Below are positions 10,101 through 20,437 of a stretch of 64,000 nt of DNA, in pieces. Position numbers and translations under genes: made by a program. Origin of the DNA: Phycisphaerae bacterium (lineage in GTDB: Bacteria > Planctomycetota > Phycisphaerae > UBA1845); contig CAXXGO010000003.1 in the NCBI GenBank assembly GCA_963666835.2, positions 681,980-745,979 of the forward strand, given 5' to 3'. The notes beneath the pieces were generated by a model, which ran no database searches, was not told the DNA's origin, and saw only the letters and a program-made list of their open reading frames with translations. Each line of letters begins with the position of its first letter. Positions within the stretch are counted from its first letter, which is position 1.

Positions 10101-11942
10101 TTGAGCCTTGGCGGCAATTGCCGACCACCGACCGATGGAGGATCTGCCAAATTGACAGGTAGCGAGATACCAAACACAACGGCCGGCGGGCCGAGCCCGG
10201 CTCTGGCCCTGCTTCGAGCCGTCGGGTCTCTTTGGTACGCGGCGGTCCTGCTCATGCTGTTGCTCGTCGGCATGGCGTACGCCACGGTTTTTGAGTCGCT
10301 GCACGGCACGGAGCGAGCCCTCGAAGAGTTCTATTATTCGCGGTGGTTCACTACGTTGATGGCTCTGCTGGCGGTGAATGTCGCGGCGGCAATGCTAATC
10401 CGGTTTCCGTTCAAGCGGCGCCAAACCGGATTCGTGGTCACGCATGTCTGCATTCTCGTTACCCTTGCCGGAGCGCTAATCACCTCGGAACTCGGCACCA
10501 ACGGACGCATTTTCGTCGGCGAAGACCAGACCGTCGATGAGTTCACCGTCCGCGGGAAGAGCACTCTCTCGGTCTCCAGGGCGGGAGGCGGTGAAGCGCA
10601 GTCGATTGAACTGCGGGGGCGTAAGTTCCGGGGTTACGTGCCCGTGGATCATCCCTCGGCACCAACTCTGTCTCTGGGGGAGTTGCAGATCGAGATCGAA
10701 CAGTATCTTCCGGACAGCGACAACCGGACAAGCGTGACCAACACCGGTGATGCTTTTCGCCATGCCGTCGAGGTGTCACTTTCAGAATCGGGAACGGAAA
10801 GACCTACATGGGTGTTCGCCGGTCGTCCCGACCGAATCGAAGGGCTCACGATCGAGTATCGCCTGGTCGACGATTCCGACGAGGCTAAACGCGTGCTGGC
10901 TCGGCCGGTACACGGGGTCTCCGCCGGTGGATTGTTGGCAATAGAACATCAGGGCATTACTCATCGGATTCCGCTCGCTGACGCGCTCCGTGCGGCGGTC
11001 CCTGTTTCAGACACCGGGTACACCGCCGAAGTTCTGCACTACTACCCGCACGCGACCGTCGGGGCAGACAAGAAGCTCGTCAACGCTTCCGACCGACCGG
11101 AGAACCCGGCGGTGCAGGTTGAATTGGTGTCCGGCGACCAGCGCGAGACCCACATCGCATTCGCCAACTACCCCCAATTCAAATCTCTTCACGGTCATTC
11201 CGCGCCCGGCACCTTCAACGTGACGTTTACCGCACCGAGTTCCGCAACCGCTGACATGCCAATCGAGGTCGTCGGCACTCCCACCGGGGAGTTGTTCGTG
11301 CGCTTCTGCGCGGACGGAGCTCAGTTGTTTACCGAGCAGTTGGCCGTGGGAACTGCCGTGGACTCACCATGGCCCGGTTTGCAGTTTTCCGTGTTGCGGC
11401 ACTTTGACCACGCTACGGTCGACTCGATCGTAGTTCCTCGGGAGTTGCGTAGCGAAGCTCGCATCCCAGCACTAATGTTGCGAGTGAGCACGGCCGACGA
11501 GGAAGTCCGGACCGGAGTGCAGAAGTACGACGAGCGCAAGCGGGTCACGATCGGCGGCGTAAGTTACGGGCTCAGCTACACGGATCAGGAGCTCCCGTTG
11601 GGCTACTCCCTGAAACTGGACAGGTTCCACCTCGGCACCTACCCGGGCAGCTCGAAACCACGGTCTTTTGAAAGCCACGTTACGTTGACGGATCCGTCCT
11701 CCGGCGGACTCGAGAGTCGGATAGTCAGCATGAACCACCCGGTCACGTTCGGCGGGTACGATCTGTTTCAATCAAGCTATCAGTTTTCGGGGGGGCAGGC
11801 GTACAGCCTCTTGAGCGTCTCGCATGATCCCGGCCGGCCGATCGTGTTTGCCGGATACATCGGAACGCTGATTGGAATGGTCATCGTGTTGGGAACCCGC
11901 ATGGCCGAGCACCGCCGGAAACAACGGTACGCCGGCTCCTAG
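10101..11942 (+). CDS. resB: Cytochrome c biogenesis system II protein ResB/CcsB (start codon uncertain)
   Basis: N-terminal TMs with conserved GFVVTH, large periplasmic domain, SMNHP..GY.LFQSS and SVSHDPG before the final TM. Confidence 0.85.
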   Translation: MSLGGNCRPPTDGGSAKLTGSEIPNTTAGGPSPALALLRAVGSLWYAAVLLMLLLVGMAYATVFESLHGTERALEEFYYSRWFTTLMALLAVNVAAAMLIRFPFKRRQTGFVVTHVCILVTLAGALITSELGTNGRIFVGEDQTVDEFTVRGKSTLSVSRAGGGEAQSIELRGRKFRGYVPVDHPSAPTLSLGELQIEIEQYLPDSDNRTSVTNTGDAFRHAVEVSLSESGTERPTWVFAGRPDRIEGLTIEYRLVDDSDEAKRVLARPVHGVSAGGLLAIEHQGITHRIPLADALRAAVPVSDTGYTAEVLHYYPHATVGADKKLVNASDRPENPAVQVELVSGDQRETHIAFANYPQFKSLHGHSAPGTFNVTFTAPSSATADMPIEVVGTPTGELFVRFCADGAQLFTEQLAVGTAVDSPWPGLQFSVLRHFDHATVDSIVVPRELRSEARIPALMLRVSTADEEVRTGVQKYDERKRVTIGGVSYGLSYTDQELPLGYSLKLDRFHLGTYPGSSKPRSFESHVTLTDPSSGGLESRIVSMNHPVTFGGYDLFQSSYQFSGGQAYSLLSVSHDPGRPIVFAGYIGTLIGMVIVLGTRMAEHRRKQRYAGS

Positions 11943-11964
11943 CTCCAGAATCGTACGAGGGTAA

Positions 11965-13764
11965 GTGATGACGCACTCCGCAATAGTGTTCTTCCTGATC
12001 GCGGCCGCGGCGCCGGCGCAGAACCCCGGTGAATTCGGCACTCTCGACCTGAGCGGCATCCGGGGACTAACGGTCCAGCATGACGGGCGATGGATGCCGC
12101 TCGACACCGTTGCGCGGGACATCGTCTCCAAGATCTCCGAATCAGAGTTCTTCGATGGGAAGGATCCCGTACACTGGCTGCTCGAATGGACCTTCGACCC
12201 GCAGGCTGGAATGGCCCAGCCGGTCATCACGCTCGCCAACGCCGAGTTGCGGCGCGAGCTTCGGCTTTCCCCAACTCAGACGGTCTTTTCGTTCAACGAA
12301 CTTGCGAACCACGAGCCTCTGCGAGAGCTGATCGACGCCCTCGCCCACCGAAGTCGGCAAGGCAAACTGGATCCACTGGAGTCCAAAGTAGTGGAGATCA
12401 GAGGTCGATTGCTGACTCTACGGGACGTCTTCGCCGGTGACGTCATCAACATGATCCCCGACCCGGACGACGCTTTCGGCGCGTGGATGCCCGTACCGCA
12501 CGCCGGCCATCCGACCGGGAGCCAACCACTGGCGAGCGCCTGGAAGGCGCTGGGGGACGCGTTTCTGGCCAACGACTCAGCAGCCTTCAACGAAGCGTCA
12601 GCTCGGGTATCGGCAGAGGCCGCCGCTCTCCCGGCAGCACACCGCCCTGATCCAGCCAGAATCGCGACGGAGCTTCGCTACAACATCCTCAACCCGTTCC
12701 GCAAGTCCTGGATGATCATGAGCGGCGGCGCTCTTTTGGCCCTGATCGCCATGCTGGCTAAACGGAAGTGGATCGACGGCCTAGCCATCCTGGCGCTGAT
12801 TGCCGGATTCGCAACGATCAGCTACGGATTGTCCTTACGTTGGGTCATCGCCGGGCGCATCCCCGCGGCGAACATGTACGAATCCCTGCTGTTTCTGGGT
12901 TGGGGGATGGGCGCTTTTGCGATCATAGCGATGCTGGCCCTGCACCATCGAAGCGTCCCGTTGACCGCATCGGTCATGGGTGCATTGTCGCTGTTTTTGG
13001 CTGACATACTCCCGCTCGACCCCATGGTGCGTACCATCGTTCCGGTACTGAGAGACACGGTGTGGATGTCGATCCACGTACCGATCATCATGGTGTCATA
13101 CTCCGTGTTGGCTCTGGCCGCCCTGTTGGCGCACGTTCAACTGGTGGTCATGGCGCTCATCCCCCACCGGAAGGACTATGCCAGGTCCATCGACTCGCTG
13201 CACTATTGGCACATCCACGTAGGTTCGCTTCTCCTGCTGGCCGGGATCATGACGGGGAGTATGTGGGGGGCATCATCATGGGGACGGTATTGGGGGTGGG
13301 ATCCGAAAGAGGTCTGGTCGCTGATCGCCTTCGTCGGTTACCTGGCAATCCTCCACGTCCGGGTGGATCATTCCAGGGTGCCTCGTGGGGGCTTTGTCAT
13401 CGCAAGCGTAGTGGTCGCGGCCGTGTTCGTGATTATCGCCAATAAGATGAGTCCTTTGACACCCTGGCGGCTCGCGGCCTGTGGGGGAACGTGTGCCGCT
13501 GTGATGTTCTTCGTGCTAGCCCGCGGCCCCCTTGCGACAGCAATCAAGAGCATCGCCTGCTTCTGGCTGATCATCATGACGTACCTCGGGGTCAACTACG
13601 TTCTCGGCACCGGATTGCACAGCTACGGGTTCGGCACCGGGGCTATGACCAAATGGCTGTTTCTGATCGGGGAGATTGATTTGGGACTGATCGCCCTACT
13701 TGCGATAATCTACCTGGCCGGGCGTCGCGCGAAGCCCCTTGAGAGTGTCGCCGCAACACCGTGA
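11965..13764 (+). CDS. ccsA: Cytochrome c biogenesis system II protein CcsA/ResC
   Basis: QHDGRWMPLDT, WMSIHV, WWD motif WGASSWGRYWGWDPKEVW, GLHSYG. Confidence 0.93.
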   Translation: MMTHSAIVFFLIAAAAPAQNPGEFGTLDLSGIRGLTVQHDGRWMPLDTVARDIVSKISESEFFDGKDPVHWLLEWTFDPQAGMAQPVITLANAELRRELRLSPTQTVFSFNELANHEPLRELIDALAHRSRQGKLDPLESKVVEIRGRLLTLRDVFAGDVINMIPDPDDAFGAWMPVPHAGHPTGSQPLASAWKALGDAFLANDSAAFNEASARVSAEAAALPAAHRPDPARIATELRYNILNPFRKSWMIMSGGALLALIAMLAKRKWIDGLAILALIAGFATISYGLSLRWVIAGRIPAANMYESLLFLGWGMGAFAIIAMLALHHRSVPLTASVMGALSLFLADILPLDPMVRTIVPVLRDTVWMSIHVPIIMVSYSVLALAALLAHVQLVVMALIPHRKDYARSIDSLHYWHIHVGSLLLLAGIMTGSMWGASSWGRYWGWDPKEVWSLIAFVGYLAILHVRVDHSRVPRGGFVIASVVVAAVFVIIANKMSPLTPWRLAACGGTCAAVMFFVLARGPLATAIKSIACFWLIIMTYLGVNYVLGTGLHSYGFGTGAMTKWLFLIGEIDLGLIALLAIIYLAGRRAKPLESVAATP

Positions 13765-13820
13765 CCCTCGCCTGCTCCGGTCGAAGGGTCTGAGAAAACG
13801 CGATTGCTTCTGAAGACGGG

Positions 13821-14258
13821 CTACGAGTGCTGTACGAGGACGACGTTGTCGGGCAGAAACGCAATCGCCGCGGCAACTTCTTCCCAGGGAGGATCGCTGG
13901 GGCCAACGTCGAATCGAGGCAGGAGAGTCCTTGCATCTCCCACCAGCCTGCCCAACTCCCGGCCGCTCCGAGCGACGATATCGAGATTGACCCCGGACCA
14001 CTGGTACTGCTTGATGGGAAACGAAAGCACACCCGGGCGGACTTCGTGTACGTGGTTGCCCCTTGAGGTAAGCAATCGCCCAAGATCGCCCTCGATGTTG
14101 TGATACTGTTGAGCAGCCTCCAGGGCCAACCCTGAGTCCATAATCGCCATGCCGTCGTCGGTTGTCGCCCCGGTCGTCGGAATGCACCGCCACTCGGCAG
14201 GCTCAATCCAGAGATTGCATGCTTTCTCAATCATGTCCTCATCCGTATCGACGACCAC
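13821..14258 (-). CDS. Hypothetical protein
   Basis: Globular-protein-like composition in an otherwise empty gap; no recognised motif. Confidence 0.45.
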   Translation of the reverse strand: MVVDTDEDMIEKACNLWIEPAEWRCIPTTGATTDDGMAIMDSGLALEAAQQYHNIEGDLGRLLTSRGNHVHEVRPGVLSFPIKQYQWSGVNLDIVARSGRELGRLVGDARTLLPRFDVGPSDPPWEEVAAAIAFLPDNVVLVQHS

Positions 14259-15073
14259 GGCCCCACGCGGGTAACTACGCGTTAGTTATCGGCAATGACA
14301 TGCCCACGGCTTTGCTAACCCGGACACATCCCCGGAAGCCCGCTCTGCGGCACCCGCCCAGATGTGCGGGCTAACTGAGAACACCCGTATTATCAGCCCT
14401 TTGGCAGCGGGTCAAACCACCCCGGCGTTCATCGCGAGCACGGAATCCGCAAGTGAGACCAACGTCGCAAGCCGAGAACGTGCAGAAACCGTGGAAATCC
14501 AATCCGGGAGTTCTTCCGGCGTAGTACTTCCGCAACCCACTCCTCCATACCCCCCTATTCTCACGACACCGGGAAAACCAGTAAACCTGCGGAGCAATCC
14601 CGGCCCGCCTTCTGTCTGGCGTGCCGCCACACGGCCCGCAAACGTAGCCCGCAGAGTCCAACCGCGCGCCACGGATATCCGAGATTATCTTCTTTGGTGA
14701 GACGCGAAAACTCGCGGGACCGTTTGCACCTCAACCGGCCGACGCGATAAGCCGAAGAGATGCCAAGTGTCGACAGGGTTCGCCCTCGTCAATACTGGTG
14801 TCGGGGCCTTCGAGACGAATCGGGGTGGAGAAGATGTGCGAGCGGTGATGCCCGCGACCGTACATCAGGGGATAACCCAGTTCCGAGTCCGGTCCGCGAG
14901 ATGTGGGTCCAGACGCCGTATTCGCTTCGAACAGCTCCCGGTCCCACTACGCGTCGGCTAAAGTCAGCGCGGGCAGAACGTCCCTTGGAATCGACACGAT
15001 TAGTCAATCGGTCCTGTGCGTCGACCAGGCTTCGTCGGCGCGCGAGTACAACACAGAACGCTGGGGATCCCCG

Positions 15074-17611
15074 ATGACCAAAGAAGATGGTAACCCTCGA
15101 ACACTTGAGGATCTGCTCGCTGAGCTACGGCGTCGCCTCCGAACCGTAGCTGCCGACGATTTGAGCGGACTGGCCAAGATGCACGGCATTTGCGAAACCG
15201 TCATCGAGAAGAACTCCCTTGCGGATGACGATGCAAGTTCGCGGATCTGCGATCTTGCCCGAACGATAGGAACGACCCTGGAGGCCCTAATCCTCGGAGA
15301 GTCCGAAGACGCCGCAGCGAGCTTAGCCTCGATAGGTGTGAACTTGGAGGCATTGACGGAGGTAGCAGCCACCAAGGCACCGGCGGCAACCGGTGATGAG
15401 GAACACCCAGAACCCTCCGCGGCGGCGCCAGTTGAACTAACCGACCAAGAGGTTGGCGCCAGACTGGACGCCGTGCTCGACACGACAGAGGATTCGGAGT
15501 CGACTGCGGCCGCAGGCGAAAGTACGGCTTCCGATCACCAGGCGGAGGAGTCCGCCGGCGTTCAGGAAGGGGCATTAACCGCGAGCACCGAAGGAGCATT
15601 CCCGGAGGAGCCCGAGCCGTACCAAGCCGAACCTCTAGTAATCCAGGCCGGGGAAAGTGAATTCGTAAACGGGTTTCTTGAAGAAGCCCGCGAACATCTC
15701 GAAGCCATCGAAACGGCTCTGCTCGAAGTAGAGAACGCCCCAGACGACCCGGAGAAGATAGACTCTCTGTTTCGTCCGTTCCACACCATCAAGGGCATGG
15801 CCGGTTTCCTTAATCTCCGGGACATTAACTGCCTCACTCACGAGGTTGAGACGCTCCTCGACCAGGGACGCAAGGGGAAACGTCCGGTGACTCCGGGCTT
15901 GATCGACATCGTCTTTGACGTGGTGGACATTCTCAAGGTCCAAATCGCGGCAATTGCCAATTGGATTGCCAACCCCGAAGGCGACACCATCCCGCAGCCA
16001 CCGGTGGCGGAGATGATCGGCCGCCTGCGGAACGTAGTCTCCGGCCGAACTGAACTGGAAGGGCGCGAGCCAACCAGCGGAGCAGCCGACCAGAAGGTGG
16101 GCGAGAACCTCGTCGATCAAGGAGCCGTACCCAAAGAGGTGGTCGATTTCGCCGTCCAGAGCCAGCAAGCCGGCGAAGACGACAAGAAAGTCGGCGAGAT
16201 TCTCGTCGGTATGGGCGCAACCTCTGCCAAACAGGTCAGTCAGGCCTTGCGGCCACAGCAAAAAACACCGGCTGCACCGTCGGGCATAATCAAAGAGCAA
16301 GCAGCCCTAGCCGATCAGTCGATTCGCATTGACACTGCCAAGCTGGATGGACTAGTCGACATGGTCGGAGAGTTGGTGATTGCTCAGACCCTGGTCGGCG
16401 CGAGCCCCCACATCAGTACCGATGCGAAGCTCAGCAAGAACGTCGCTCACGCCGGGAAGATCGTGCGTGATGTACAGGAAATGGCCATGTCGATGCGGAT
16501 GATCCCCATCGGCTCGACATTTCAGAAGATGGCTCGCCTGGTACGCGACGTCTCCCGTAAGGCGGGCAAGCAAGTTCAACTGAGCATCTCCGGCGAGGAT
16601 ACCGAGTTGGATAAGACGGTAATCCAGCAGATCGGTGATCCGCTGGTGCACATGGTGCGCAATGCCGTGGATCACGGGATCGAGTCGGCAGATGGGCGAC
16701 GGGCCGCGGGCAAACCCGAAACGGGCCAGGTCCATCTTGGCGCGTTCCATCAAGGTGGGAACATCGTAATTGAGATCCGTGATGATGGACAAGGTCTCGA
16801 CCCGGAACTGTTGAAAGCCAAGGCAATAGACAAGGGAGTCATCAGCCCACACGACGATCTGACCGACCAACAGGCCTACGGATTGATCTTCGCACCGGGC
16901 TTCTCCACCGCCGCGCAGGTAACGGACATCTCCGGTCGCGGCGTGGGCATGGACGTCGTCAAACGGAACATCGAACAGCTTCGCGGCAAGGTAGAAATAA
17001 CCTCGACAAAGGGTAAGGGGACGACTTTCTGGATCCGCTTACCATTGACCTTGGCGATCATCGACGGAATGATCGTACGCGTTGGTTCAGAGCGTTTCAT
17101 ACTGCAAACCATCGGCGTCGAGCAGTCACTGCGGCCCAGGCCCGAGCAGATCACCAAGGTCCAGGACAAAGGCGAGATTCTCAATGTGCGCGGGCGCCTC
17201 ATTCCACTGCTACAACTGGGGGCCATGTTCGGATACTCCAAGCGAGTCGACCCGTGCAAGGCGATGATCATAATCGCCAACAGTGATGATCAGCAGATCG
17301 GCCTGGTGGTGGACGAACTGATCGGACAGCAGCAGGTAGTCATAAAACCGCTCGGCCGGCAGTTTGAGAGTCTCCGCGGAATCTCCGGGTCTGCCATCCT
17401 GGGGGACGGTCGGGTCGGTCTTATTCTGGAAATGACGGGGCTTTTGGCCCTGCACAATGAATGGCAAGTGCCGCCCATAGAAGCCGAAGTGCCCGATCCG
17501 ACGCCGGCTGCAGAGTCCTTTGACACGGAGATTTCGGATCACGAGGAAATGGACAATACGACGGACGTAGAGGGCGAAGCGTTTCCGGAAGAAGCTGCGG
17601 CCCTTACATAG
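15074..17611 (+). CDS. cheA: Chemotaxis histidine kinase CheA (probable start MTKEDG at 15074; ORF open from 14903)
   Basis: Hpt FRPFHTIKG, LVDMVGELVI, HMVRNAVDHG, DDGQG, GFSTA..VTDISGRGVGMDVV, C-terminal CheW domain. Confidence 0.96.
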   Translation: MTKEDGNPRTLEDLLAELRRRLRTVAADDLSGLAKMHGICETVIEKNSLADDDASSRICDLARTIGTTLEALILGESEDAAASLASIGVNLEALTEVAATKAPAATGDEEHPEPSAAAPVELTDQEVGARLDAVLDTTEDSESTAAAGESTASDHQAEESAGVQEGALTASTEGAFPEEPEPYQAEPLVIQAGESEFVNGFLEEAREHLEAIETALLEVENAPDDPEKIDSLFRPFHTIKGMAGFLNLRDINCLTHEVETLLDQGRKGKRPVTPGLIDIVFDVVDILKVQIAAIANWIANPEGDTIPQPPVAEMIGRLRNVVSGRTELEGREPTSGAADQKVGENLVDQGAVPKEVVDFAVQSQQAGEDDKKVGEILVGMGATSAKQVSQALRPQQKTPAAPSGIIKEQAALADQSIRIDTAKLDGLVDMVGELVIAQTLVGASPHISTDAKLSKNVAHAGKIVRDVQEMAMSMRMIPIGSTFQKMARLVRDVSRKAGKQVQLSISGEDTELDKTVIQQIGDPLVHMVRNAVDHGIESADGRRAAGKPETGQVHLGAFHQGGNIVIEIRDDGQGLDPELLKAKAIDKGVISPHDDLTDQQAYGLIFAPGFSTAAQVTDISGRGVGMDVVKRNIEQLRGKVEITSTKGKGTTFWIRLPLTLAIIDGMIVRVGSERFILQTIGVEQSLRPRPEQITKVQDKGEILNVRGRLIPLLQLGAMFGYSKRVDPCKAMIIIANSDDQQIGLVVDELIGQQQVVIKPLGRQFESLRGISGSAILGDGRVGLILEMTGLLALHNEWQVPPIEAEVPDPTPAAESFDTEISDHEEMDNTTDVEGEAFPEEAAALT

Positions 17612-17624
17612 GAGATAACCTCCG

Positions 17625-18137
17625 ATGGAAACCACCGTGGAAGCTCCGGCAGCGACCCCGGCCGACAATGTCGCTGCCGACCTGAGCGGAAAGTACCTGA
17701 CCTTCCGCTTGGCCGACGAGGAATACGGACTTGAAATCCTAAGAGTCCGCGAAATCATCGGCGTGATGGATATCACCCGAGTCCCGCAGACCCGCCCGTT
17801 CGTAGAAGGGGTCATCAACCTGCGCGGTAAAGTCATCCCAGTGGTCAATCTCCGGGTCAAGTTTGGCTTGCCCCGAGCAGAGTACACCGAAGAAACTTGC
17901 ACAATTGTTGTCGATGTCGGAGAGTTGATGGGTATCATTGTGGATACCGTCGAAGAGGTCCATGACATTTCTGCGCAGGACATTGAACCGCCGCCGCGAA
18001 TGAATGGGACTGTCGAAACAGGGTTCATCCTCGGTATGGGTAAGGTCGACGATGACGTGAAGATGCTGCTGGACATCGCCGAAGTTCTGACTTCCGAGGA
18101 GTTGGTGGTAGCCGAGCCGGCCGCCGCGTTATGCTGA
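17625..18137 (+). CDS. cheW: Chemotaxis coupling protein CheW
   Basis: YLTFRL..EEYG, GVINLRGKVIPVV, GIIVD.V.EV. Confidence 0.96.
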   Translation: METTVEAPAATPADNVAADLSGKYLTFRLADEEYGLEILRVREIIGVMDITRVPQTRPFVEGVINLRGKVIPVVNLRVKFGLPRAEYTEETCTIVVDVGELMGIIVDTVEEVHDISAQDIEPPPRMNGTVETGFILGMGKVDDDVKMLLDIAEVLTSEELVVAEPAAALC

Positions 18138-18183
18138 TCCGCGTGCGTTTCGTCTTTTGAAACCCAAGCGAGCCGGGTACGTC

Positions 18184-18660
18184 ATGCAGCAGGTTGTCGA
18201 CATCGCGGACATCCAGGTTTCAAGCGATCCCCGGGTCACCCTGATCACCTACTCTCTGGGTAGCTGTATCGGCGTGACTATTTGGGATCCCCAAGTCCGG
18301 GTGGGCGGCATGATCCATTACATGCTCCCGGAAGCGTCTCTTTCGCCGGAGAAAGCGGAAGCGATCCCCGGAATGTTTGCTGACAGCGGAATCCCGCGGC
18401 TCTTTCGCGCCGCTTACGGACTCGGCGCAACGAAGAAGAACTTGATCGTCAAGGTCGCCGGCGGATCGCAGTTGTTGGATGACAAGGGCACCTTCAACAT
18501 CGGTAAACGCAATTATGTTATGCTCCGTAAGATCTTCTGGAAGAACGGGATTCTTATTGACTCCGAGGACGTCGGTGGTTCCGTGAGTCGCACGCTGACG
18601 TTGGACATCGGCACCGGCGCAGTCGTCGTGCGAATCCGGCGAGAGGAGGTGCGATTATGA
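18184..18660 (+). CDS. cheD: Chemoreceptor glutamine deamidase CheD
   Basis: TYSLGSCIGV, GGMIHYMLP, KVAGG, FNIGKRN, EDVGG..SRT. Confidence 0.95.
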   Translation: MQQVVDIADIQVSSDPRVTLITYSLGSCIGVTIWDPQVRVGGMIHYMLPEASLSPEKAEAIPGMFADSGIPRLFRAAYGLGATKKNLIVKVAGGSQLLDDKGTFNIGKRNYVMLRKIFWKNGILIDSEDVGGSVSRTLTLDIGTGAVVVRIRREEVRL

Positions 18661-19547
18661 ACAGCACAGAAACCGCTCGGGGAATCGCGGACCGAGTCAG
18701 GACTCTGCCGGCGCTTCCCGATACTGCGTTGCGGCTTATGGAGGTCATTAACAATCCACGCAGCACCGTTGACCAAATAGTCGACGTGATCAAGTACGAT
18801 CAAGCCGTGACCGGTGAAGTGCTTAGACTCTGCAACTCCGCGTTCTTCGGGTTAGCCCGTAAGGTGGAATCGCTGAACGACGCCATGAAGTGCCTGGGCA
18901 CGGTGAAAGTGCTTCAGCTTGTTATGTCGGTACACACCAACGCGATTCTCTCGCAGAAGCAGACGGGCTACGGACTCGAGCCGGGCGTCCTCTGGCGGCA
19001 TTCCGTAGCCGTCGCCCTGGGGTCGTCCATGTTTGCCGGCCACCTGAAGCTTCCAAATATCAGTCTTGCCTTCACCGCCGGACTTCTTCACGATGTGGGA
19101 AAGACGATCCTAAACGAGTATGTTGCTGAGGAGTACGGCGAGATTATCCGCCTGGTTACTGAAGAACGTCGCTCGTTCACGGAGGCGGAACATCAGGTGC
19201 TGGGATGCTCCCACGAGGAAGTCGGAGCGTTAGTAGGAGAGCGGTGGGATCTGCCGGACGCCATTGTCAAGTGTATTCGCTATCACCATGAGCCCGCGGC
19301 CTTGGATCCGCCGGATTCGCTGGTAGATGCCGTCTACCTGGCAAACAGCGTCTGCCTGCTTCTGGGCATAGGATTGGGGGAGGACGGATTATCGTATCGT
19401 GCCGACGATGCGGTTATGGAGCGTCACGGTCTCAAAGAGAGCGACCTTCAGGCTTTCGGAGCGCAGACGGTCGTCGAATTGAAGCGGGTTGAAAAGAGCT
19501 TTTCTGATGTCGGAACGGCCAATCACTGCCAGACCCCGGCAAGCTAG
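18657..19547 (+). CDS. HDOD domain protein
   Basis: LPALP, LRLCNSAFFG, LWRHS, AGLLHDVGK, HEEVG..W.LP..I.YHH. Confidence 0.92.
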   Translation: MNSTETARGIADRVRTLPALPDTALRLMEVINNPRSTVDQIVDVIKYDQAVTGEVLRLCNSAFFGLARKVESLNDAMKCLGTVKVLQLVMSVHTNAILSQKQTGYGLEPGVLWRHSVAVALGSSMFAGHLKLPNISLAFTAGLLHDVGKTILNEYVAEEYGEIIRLVTEERRSFTEAEHQVLGCSHEEVGALVGERWDLPDAIVKCIRYHHEPAALDPPDSLVDAVYLANSVCLLLGIGLGEDGLSYRADDAVMERHGLKESDLQAFGAQTVVELKRVEKSFSDVGTANHCQTPAS

Positions 19548-19561
19548 TAGGAGTTGCGACG

Positions 19562-19987
19562 ATGGCCCGGGACATTCTGCTTGTAGATGACTCGGCAACG
19601 ATCCGTTCGATGGTCAAACGGACCATCCAAATGATCGGCCTGGACGTGGGAGATATTCACGAGGCCCGCAATGGCATCGAGGCCCTGGCCTGCCTGGAGG
19701 ACTACGATATCGCAGTTCTGCTTGTCGACATCAATATGCCAACGATGAATGGGATCCAGTTACTCACGCGCATGAAAGACAACGCTCGACTCAAGGACAT
19801 CCCTATCGTTATTGCCTCCACCGAAGGCAGCGAACAGAGAATTCAACAACTTTCGGATCTCGGAGTGTCCGGCTACGTTCGCAAGCCGTTCCAGCCCGAA
19901 CAGCTACGCGACGTCCTGACGCCCATACTCGGAGTATTAGAAAATGCCGGAACAGAGAACAGCTACACTGACGACGATCTTTTCTGA
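19562..19987 (+). CDS. cheY: CheY-like response regulator
   Basis: ILLVDDS, DINMPTMNG, IASTEG, YVRKPF. Confidence 0.88.
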   Translation: MARDILLVDDSATIRSMVKRTIQMIGLDVGDIHEARNGIEALACLEDYDIAVLLVDINMPTMNGIQLLTRMKDNARLKDIPIVIASTEGSEQRIQQLSDLGVSGYVRKPFQPEQLRDVLTPILGVLENAGTENSYTDDDLF

Positions 19988-20414
19988 CGTCCTGGCCGAC
20001 CTTGCCTTCATGTTCAATGATGACAGCGACGAGGTTCAGTACTCGTCGGATGAACTATGGCTCGAGAGCTCCGTCAGCTACCGGGGGGTCGCCGCCGGGA
20101 CCTTACGCCTTCGTTGCACACGGACCTTCTCTGTGACCCTTGCCGCCAATCTTCTGGGAGTCGACCCGACCGATATTGACTCCGACGCCAAGGCGGACGA
20201 TGCGGTCAAGGAATTCATGAACATCGTCTGCGGTCAGCTCATTACCGCGTTGCACGGAACGGAGCACGTGTTCGACCTGACAATCCCCGAAATCCACGTA
20301 CTACCCGAAATGCCCGACATGGAAGACGAAGGAACGGGGGAGACCGTGGCCATCACGGTCGAGGGACAGCAACTTCAGTTGGCCTACCTGGCGGGAGACG
20401 CCCCTCGGGAGTAA
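19944..20414 (+). CDS. CheX/CheC-like phosphatase
   Basis: LAANLLG, DAVKEFMNIVCGQ (ExxN), FDLTIP. Confidence 0.8.
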   Translation: MPEQRTATLTTIFSDVLADLAFMFNDDSDEVQYSSDELWLESSVSYRGVAAGTLRLRCTRTFSVTLAANLLGVDPTDIDSDAKADDAVKEFMNIVCGQLITALHGTEHVFDLTIPEIHVLPEMPDMEDEGTGETVAITVEGQQLQLAYLAGDAPRE

Positions 20415-20437
20415 TCCGCGGGCAGAGGAGTTCGGGG

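Noticed and set aside
14731..14758. Sigma-28-like promoter upstream of cheA (TCAA-N16-GCCGAAGA)
   Set aside because: The spacer is one base too long and both boxes are mismatched; too weak to call.
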